The notes under the pieces are model-generated. The model ran no database searches. It saw nothing but the letters and a program-made list of their open reading frames with translations, and was not told the DNA's origin. A stretch of 55,483 nucleotides of DNA, filler included, from Circinaria calcarea (Eukaryota), in assembly GCA_051942165.1 (NCBI GenBank). It is 3 parts of 3 records of this genome, joined end to end, with 100 filler letters (N's around TTAATTAATTAA, not from the genome) between each part and the next. Parts side by side here need not be neighbours in the genome. Positions count along the whole stretch, not along the records: positions 37,087 to 55,483 come from JAVECS010000235.1; 2 more parts are not named here. The stretch is one strand, 5' to 3'. The position numbers and the translations under genes were made by a program. Each line of letters starts with the position of its first letter. Position 1 is the stretch's first letter. Shown in pieces: positions 48,936-55,483 of this stretch.

Positions 48936-51521
48936 ATGGACCAGCTCTCCCCCTTTCTCTCCGAGCACATCTCGACGGACGAGACCTGCGAGTTACCCAT
49001 CGTTGCAGTCAATGAAACGGATCAGTGTCAAGATGGGGTTTCCACATTTGAACGAATAATTACAACGCATCCACCTATTCTGGAGTCACTGCTCTTGCAG
49101 CTTCCAACGTCCGCACTTTTAAGTCTCTACCACACGTCCAAATACCTACAGTCCTTCCTTCAAGCCTATCCCATAGCGTGGAAATACTTGTCTTTTCGAC
49201 TTTTCGGCAATGGTACCAACGTTACAGGACTGACGCCTTCGGGAAATGATGCCGCCCTCGAAACGGCCTCGCTACGGTCCAGGCAATATGCACTGGACCT
49301 GCTGCTGTTAAGCATTGTTGCCCCGTTTGGGACTCGGCTATGTAATCTTGATCTCGACAATACAGCAATCTCTGGCCACACATTGACTTCAACCGTCCTA
49401 CCTGCGCAGAGGGGAACCCTTCAACACCTATCAGTCCGGGGATGCAAAAATGTCTCGTTGAAATACCACATCTTGCCTTACCTTACTCTCTACGGTCTCC
49501 AAAAGGCCGCTGTTGCGCTTAGTCCTGCAGCTCATGTGGGGAGCTTAGCGTTGAAGAGCCTTTACACATTTCGATGTAGACACCACCGTCGACGACCTTA
49601 TTTTCCAGGGTCACTACAACGACGAGACTCTGATGCCGAGCCTACTCATGAACTCATCAAGATATGCCGCAACTTAGGGATTTGGACAGACACATCCTGG
49701 TGCCCTACACCGGGAGGCCGATGTCTAAGGAGGAAAGAATATTATACGGGGAGAACCGCCGAAGGTCGAGGAGAGGTCTGGGTTGTGTACGACCGGTTGT
49801 GGCGCTCGAGCAACAGAATCGGGCAATCAGAAAGCATCAACTGTTTAAAAGCTCCCAGGCGGCGGGGGCTGATGTGGGAAGAGGCAGAGATAGGGGAGGA
49901 AGGTGAACCTCTGGGCGTAGGGTCGTGTAAGGGGGATGAAGGCAAGACCATCCCGGCACACTTACGTCAGAGTCACAGAGTATTTGTGGACAACTATAAA
50001 TGTCATGACTGTGGTACTCCGATTGCAGAGAGATGCGAAATCTGCAGCGTAAGAATGCACTGTATGGGCTGTCGGAAGATACTTTGCGCAAGCTGCGCCT
50101 TCTCACGGCCGTTGCCCGAGAAGAGGACCAAATCGGCAGGCTATGACGGTTCAGTGTCAACAATCCTTAAGAAGGGGCAAAAAGACATGTTTTGGTGGGC
50201 GCCAGGTGAAACACGTAGTCCTAACATCATGCAGGAAACAAATAATGTCAACACTAACCCAAGCACAACTCCAAAACTTAAGCTGCAGTGGTGCTGTGTG
50301 CAACCATCGAACTTTGGCGGAGGTGGTTTTACCTTTGTTTCGAACGGCATAGATAAAGACAAGGCGAGCCGACTTCGAACTGCTCCTCTACCACAGGGCC
50401 ATGGTTGGGAAGACCCTGAATTTGCACGACTTCGACAGGGTGAGGATACGTTCCCTAAAACAGTTTGTCAGGAGGCCGCCAGGTTGGACTGGACACCGGA
50501 AGAAGGCCACGAACAGATATCATATTTATTACAACACACTTCGAGCAGTAATGACGATCCTGATTCCCCCAGAAACCTATGCCAAGAGTGCTATCAGACA
50601 AATGGTTGGCAGGTGTCTTGCCAATCTTGCCGGGAGCCTTTCTGTCTCCAACATGACTTTCCTGGTTCTAACATGAGGGTATGCGGATACAGAAGTCTCT
50701 CTTTGGAGAGAGATAACAGGAAGCTTCAAGAAGAAGCGAAAGCTTGGCAGTTAGCCAGTCTGATGTTCAGTATCCCAGGATTGTCTCTGCGATTGGTTGA
50801 CATACTCGTCAGCCTGGGCTCTGGTAAGAGCGCAATGGTTCAAAAGCTAGCCCACATTAAACCTTCAATATGTCCTAGCGACGAGGAGGCTGTCACGTTT
50901 GATTCTAGTGATCTAAAAAGAAGATTGACCACGCTCCCGGTAGGCGTTATTCCGAGCGCCAACAAAATTATAGCGGCACTTGAGATTTACTTTCCCACAT
51001 CTAATTCTCCTATGGCTTCCGTCGCAAAACCCCGCCCTTTGTTGATGTACTTGCTTCGTACTATCTTTGTGATGGGCAGCAGGGTACAACCAGAGCCCCG
51101 ATTGACCGGTGAACCATGGCGTGGATGCGCGTCATTTTTATGCCCCCAATCGCGACCCGCAGGAGCTCATCGACCAAATTGCCCAGCTCTCGTCAAGGTG
51201 TGTACTCTTTGCAAGGTTCATGTCTGCCCTGAATGTCTTTCTAAGCACCCTCCGTGCGATTGTTCGCATTGCGGTACATGTTATTTATGTCCAGGCTGCT
51301 ACCTCGAGCTTCAAGATGTTTTGTGCAAGAAATCCGAGGATGTTGAAGCAGCTAGGGTCTGGAGAATATCAAAAGAGTTAGCGGACGATGTAGCAGAGCA
51401 GCTGGGGCAGTTCTTCGCCGCTATTGCCTTGTTACAGGAGAGGCAAGAGGGGTCCGATGACGATCCGGAACAGGTGCTAGAGTCCGTGGGGGAGTTGTTG
51501 ACTCTTTGGGAGGGGAGCTAG
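48936..51521 (+). CDS. Uncharacterised Cys-rich protein with F-box-like and LRR-like N-terminus, 861 aa
   Basis: Long intronless ORF. ILESLLLQLPTSALLSLYHTSKYLQSFL is F-box-like; LCNLDLDNTAIS and LQHLSVRGCKNVS are LRR-like; many CxxC pairs. The ORF is well supported, the domain calls are tentative. Confidence 0.75.
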   Translation: MDQLSPFLSEHISTDETCELPIVAVNETDQCQDGVSTFERIITTHPPILESLLLQLPTSALLSLYHTSKYLQSFLQAYPIAWKYLSFRLFGNGTNVTGLTPSGNDAALETASLRSRQYALDLLLLSIVAPFGTRLCNLDLDNTAISGHTLTSTVLPAQRGTLQHLSVRGCKNVSLKYHILPYLTLYGLQKAAVALSPAAHVGSLALKSLYTFRCRHHRRRPYFPGSLQRRDSDAEPTHELIKICRNLGIWTDTSWCPTPGGRCLRRKEYYTGRTAEGRGEVWVVYDRLWRSSNRIGQSESINCLKAPRRRGLMWEEAEIGEEGEPLGVGSCKGDEGKTIPAHLRQSHRVFVDNYKCHDCGTPIAERCEICSVRMHCMGCRKILCASCAFSRPLPEKRTKSAGYDGSVSTILKKGQKDMFWWAPGETRSPNIMQETNNVNTNPSTTPKLKLQWCCVQPSNFGGGGFTFVSNGIDKDKASRLRTAPLPQGHGWEDPEFARLRQGEDTFPKTVCQEAARLDWTPEEGHEQISYLLQHTSSSNDDPDSPRNLCQECYQTNGWQVSCQSCREPFCLQHDFPGSNMRVCGYRSLSLERDNRKLQEEAKAWQLASLMFSIPGLSLRLVDILVSLGSGKSAMVQKLAHIKPSICPSDEEAVTFDSSDLKRRLTTLPVGVIPSANKIIAALEIYFPTSNSPMASVAKPRPLLMYLLRTIFVMGSRVQPEPRLTGEPWRGCASFLCPQSRPAGAHRPNCPALVKVCTLCKVHVCPECLSKHPPCDCSHCGTCYLCPGCYLELQDVLCKKSEDVEAARVWRISKELADDVAEQLGQFFAAIALLQERQEGSDDDPEQVLESVGELLTLWEGS

Positions 51522-51943
51522 ATGGTTCTCTTCTGCGTAGACATGATGGTCATCTCCTTGATGGGGAGATTTTCCATCAAGGTTGGGTCTACGATTTGCC
51601 GGTAACATGGACGAGATATGGATGGGAAAGTATCTCCATTTAGCAAGGTGTCTCGGCGCCTATTTGTTAAATAATTGTTCTGGTATTATAGTTAGGGGAT
51701 AAGCTTGATCGTGAGCTTGTGTCCGGCATAGGTAGTGAATGAAAAGCAATATTTCAACGACTCTATCAACCTAGGGATATTTGCTTTCGCTGCTTTTAAT
51801 CGGATGGATGTTGATACTCGGGAATAGTCCCTGAGGACTGGTAAGATTACATACGGAGTAATAGAACTTTGGCAGCTTCGCTTAAAGAGGTTTAGTCAGT
51901 GTGAGATCATCCCGGTCATCTTTCGGTCCGAGAAAGTCAAAAG

Positions 51944-51955
51944 GTAAACAAAACA
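51944..51955 (+). promoter_or_regulatory. Forkhead-type binding motif GTAAACAAAACA upstream of the Ppc89-like gene
   Basis: Matches the GTAAACA forkhead consensus about 290 bp before ATG 52237. Confidence 0.4.
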
Positions 51956-52236
51956 TTCGCCCTTCCTCGAACACTCAAATACAAACGCTCCACGTTCCCA
52001 ATTAACTGATTGACGGCTATTATTGATGGTAGGTATCTCATAACTTTTCAGTCTTGCTCCTGCATGCAATTACCAGAAAGACTCTCGCTCTGGACAATTC
52101 AAAGCCCTGCTTTTACTATCACTCTCAATTCCCCACATCAACCAATACACAAACAACCTTGGGTACATCAATTGGTCGCGTCAGCTTTAGTTTTATTGCG
52201 CTCATTGAAACAGCCAACTGAGATTCCAAAGTCAAT

Positions 52237-55200
52237 ATGGAGAAGTCACCAAGATCTGAGCATCGTGCTCGGCTTATCCGCGAGATGGCACGAGACCTTG
52301 ACAAAACGCGCCGTCCTTCCAACTCGAATTCCTCAAAAATCTCACGCAGTAATGTCAGTGTCGAGACCACCACCTCCAGCTTCGATCCAGAGAACGAGGC
52401 GTTGATGTCGACTCGGCAACTCGACAATACAACCCAACAGTTACCCGAGTTAAGGGCTAGCGCACAGAAATACGCACGCTACACTCGACCAGAAGAGCCA
52501 TCCTACGTGATTGACACGTCGGCCATGTTACGAGCTTTCCCAGACTTTACCCAAGGAGGGACATCGTCAGATGATGGCAGTATGTCCATTGAAATAGGGA
52601 GAGGTGTGAAGGACGGGGCAAACGGCGCAATGGACAATCCTATACGCACCAGGGAGCATTCAATAAATGAAGCTCCTGGTGATTCTAGCTTCGAGTTCTC
52701 GCCACCTTTGATTGGAGACTACCAAGTAATGTACACGCCACCAAGGAAGTCCAAACCATGGTCCAGAAAAGATAGCGGTGCAGCAAAAGGGTCCTTGAAA
52801 GCTACCGTTCAATCCCGTCAGGCTTCTGCTGTTGAAAAGCAAGCGACAGGAGTATCTACGCCCCTTGCGAAAACCACAGATTACGGATCAGGTAGCAGCA
52901 GACAGGCTAGCGAGGAGCATCGACGAAATTTAGCGTCTATCCATGCACGCGTCACTGAGGAGAACGATACAACACACATCACTGATGACCGTCCTCCAAC
53001 ACTGAACCTTACCGCAAGAAACACTAGATTCGGGAGTGGTCAAGGGGTACAGCTTGCTGCATCTGCTGCCCTACCTACTAAGTTCAGCTCGACCCAAGGC
53101 TTTAACCAAGCAGTCCCTCAAGGAGCTGCAAAAGGAAACAACCCTACGAAACCTTATATGGAAAATGGAACCCTCTCATCCCACATCAACCCAGGCACAC
53201 AGCAATCTTTCATGCTTCCAGACCTCCCGAATCTATCCGAGCTCGTGTCCGGGGTATTCCAGGACGGTACACCAGTGTTCTCGTGCCATACAAAACCTCG
53301 TGCGTCTCGCTTTGCTGCAGCTACCCAGGCCCCGACAGACAAAAAGAATCAGCCTGATTATGCCGGTGTAGCGGATATTCCGGTACCCGAGGACGAGCAA
53401 GCAATATTTGTATCGCTCAAACTTCTTCAAGACAAGGTTGCAGAGTTGGAGAAGAATCGCGCCGAGACTGACGTTACCATGAAAGACCTCCATCAGAAAA
53501 ATCAGATGTTGGAACGTGAAAAGCAAGAGACTCGGAGATGGCGGCGAAGCGATAGTGCCCTGGGCACCACAGACGGTAGTGATGGAGGCGACGAATCGGT
53601 CAGGGTACCGCGTACATGGAAGATCGAGAAGTCACGTACGTATCAGGGTGTGTCAATATAGTTACCCGCTGCTCACCCTTTTCATAGGCTTTGAAGCAAA
53701 CATTCAAGCGCTACAGCAGCAATTAGAAACTGCCAATCGGAAGGTCTCTGTTTCTGAGGTTACGATTAGGAACCTCACCCAGGAGCGTGATGCTGCAGTC
53801 TCACAACTAGGCGTTGCATTCTTCACCACGGAGCAACTAAAGACTGAGAATGAAAATCTGAGAGATGAGAACTTGAAGCTCGAAGCGGATCTTGCCCACA
53901 TGAAAGCTGGGCATGCCGATTTAAGCCAGAAATGGCAGAAACGTGAGGAAGGGCTACGCAAGAAGATCCAGCGGAGAGATGCAACAGTTCAGAATTTACG
54001 GGAAATAACGCAGACCGCCGCGGTGTCTCAGAAACAGGAAACGGATCCGAGCCAGGTGAAGACTGTCGAGAAGTCAACAATTCATAAGACCCCAGCAGGG
54101 GGTCGCGTAGACGAAGATTGCCAGGTTCTGGAGAAGCAAAATGTGAGGACTTCCTCCGGAAATATGAGATCTCGTTCTATGGACTCCAATCAAATACAGG
54201 CACCTCAATTGCGATCGGAGCAGGCAACAGTAACTGGTACGAAGGCTGTCAATATGCAACATCCGAAGGAACGTCCGACTGCATCTAGAAACAGTCAGAT
54301 CGTGATTGATGACACCTTGGATAGCGGAACCAGTGATGGATCGGCAAATGAGCCTGAAGACTTGTTGAACCTTAATAACAATTCTGATGGTCACAGCCGA
54401 TATGAGAATGCCAAGAAGAACGATGAATTGGTGGACCTTACATTTCTTAGCTTCACTGATGTATGTTAACACCGAGGACATACCCGTCTAAGCACACTTA
54501 TACTAATGCGTTGCAGAACGGAGAGATTGCCAAGCTACGAAAAGTACTGGAGCAAGAGCGCATAGCCCGAAAGCAGCAGCGCGCTGCCACTGGAGCAAAT
54601 CTAAAGTTGACTAACGACCTTTTACATTTTGATCAGTTCATTGTCCCTCGAGAAGTTGTTGAACCAAACGTACAACGAAAGTCCTCTATGAAAGATTTGA
54701 CTGGGAAGGTTGAAGATAGGGCAAACGCCACTGGGAACTCTCTACAAGGACCTCGCAGTGTAAGTTTAACTAAATTACGGTCAGGTAAGCAGTTCTCTAA
54801 TTATTTAACAGGCTGTACACTTAGATGCACCCAACGTCCAATACCGTCGACATTCCGAGGACTCCTTAGCAATACAACGTAACCGTCGTCATGGTTCAAA
54901 GATTGAAGATATAACATCCGCCTTCATTGTTCCCGACATCACAATGCAAGTCCCGATTGTGGACAAGGATGCTCCTATGAACCTCTCCACAGCTGCTCAG
55001 CAAGTATTCGACGGACTAGCTCCGCACAATGGACTCAACTGCACTATCTGCAAGCCGCTGATCGAACAGGGCACCACACATAACCATAACGATACAGTCA
55101 ACGGAAAGATCAATATTCCCAAACCAGTACCAGTTTCGGAGCGAATGCCAGAACCTACACCTTACGAAGAAGAACCAACAATGCGTCCCTCTCAGCCTCC

Positions 55201-55483
55201 TGCGGTAGCTCTAGCTACCGTGATGAAGGGCCTGGAAGATGAGCTCGCACATCTGAAGCTCCAGCTGTCTCAGTACCAGGCATTGTACAACCAACATGAT
55301 CCGTCGCTCAGCAAGCGTAGGCGCAAATCTGTACACCAAAAGATTGAAAGCCTGCTCCAAGCGGTAGACATCAAATCTGATCAGATTTACGCCTTGTATG
55401 ACGTCCTCGAAGGGCAAAAAACGGACGGTCATGAGATGAACGAAAAGGAAGTCGAGGTTACCTTGCAATCCATTGGCGTCGAT
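52237..55483 (+). CDS. Spindle pole body protein Ppc89/Cep57-like, 3' truncated by the window end
   Basis: Exons 52237-53635, 53688-54460, 54517-54759, 54812-end. QSFMLPDLPNLSELVSG, IPVPEDEQAIFVSLKLLQDKV, LTQERDAAVSQLGVAF (coiled coil), ITSAFIVPDIT, EEPTMRPSQPPAVALATVMKGLEDELAHLK and KSDQIYALYDVLEGQK (Cep57 microtubule-binding-like region). Confidence 0.85.

Noticed and set aside
54785..54811. Second GTAAGC donor inside the third Ppc89-like intron
   Set aside because: It would give a 27-nt intron, too short, and would shift the frame; the donor at 54760 fits.

Overview
Intron-rich filamentous ascomycete (Pezizomycotina) nuclear DNA. It consists of three assembly segments (1-18478, 18579-36986, 37087-55483) joined by two identical artificial 100-nt spacers (N44-TTAATTAATTAA-N44), so adjacency across the spacers is unproven. 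Segment 1 is the most notable part. It carries a compact beta-1,3-glucan cell-wall neighbourhood: a GPI-anchored GH72 glucanosyltransferase divergent from glucan synthase FKS1, then serine palmitoyltransferase LCB1 and a secreted GH17 glucanase. It ends with the 3' half of complex I subunit NDUFS8/TYKY, which the ORF track missed. Segment 2 holds an MFS transporter, a Nudix hydrolase, an orphan-looking island (membrane-anchored coiled-coil protein, local duplications, BTB protein with two clathrin-box-like motifs), KU80, a TMEM205-like gene and a C2H2 zinc-finger gene. Segment 3 holds a TGL4-like patatin lipase, an alpha/beta hydrolase, a DHA1 MFS transporter, DPH2, ADE1, an F-box-like Cys-rich protein and a Ppc89/Cep57-like spindle-pole-body gene truncated by the window end. 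Exon structures were read by hand from splice signals and frame continuity. Smaller signals include tiny uORFs in front of FKS1 and LCB1, a G-quadruplex-like repeat and frequent AAG splice acceptors.
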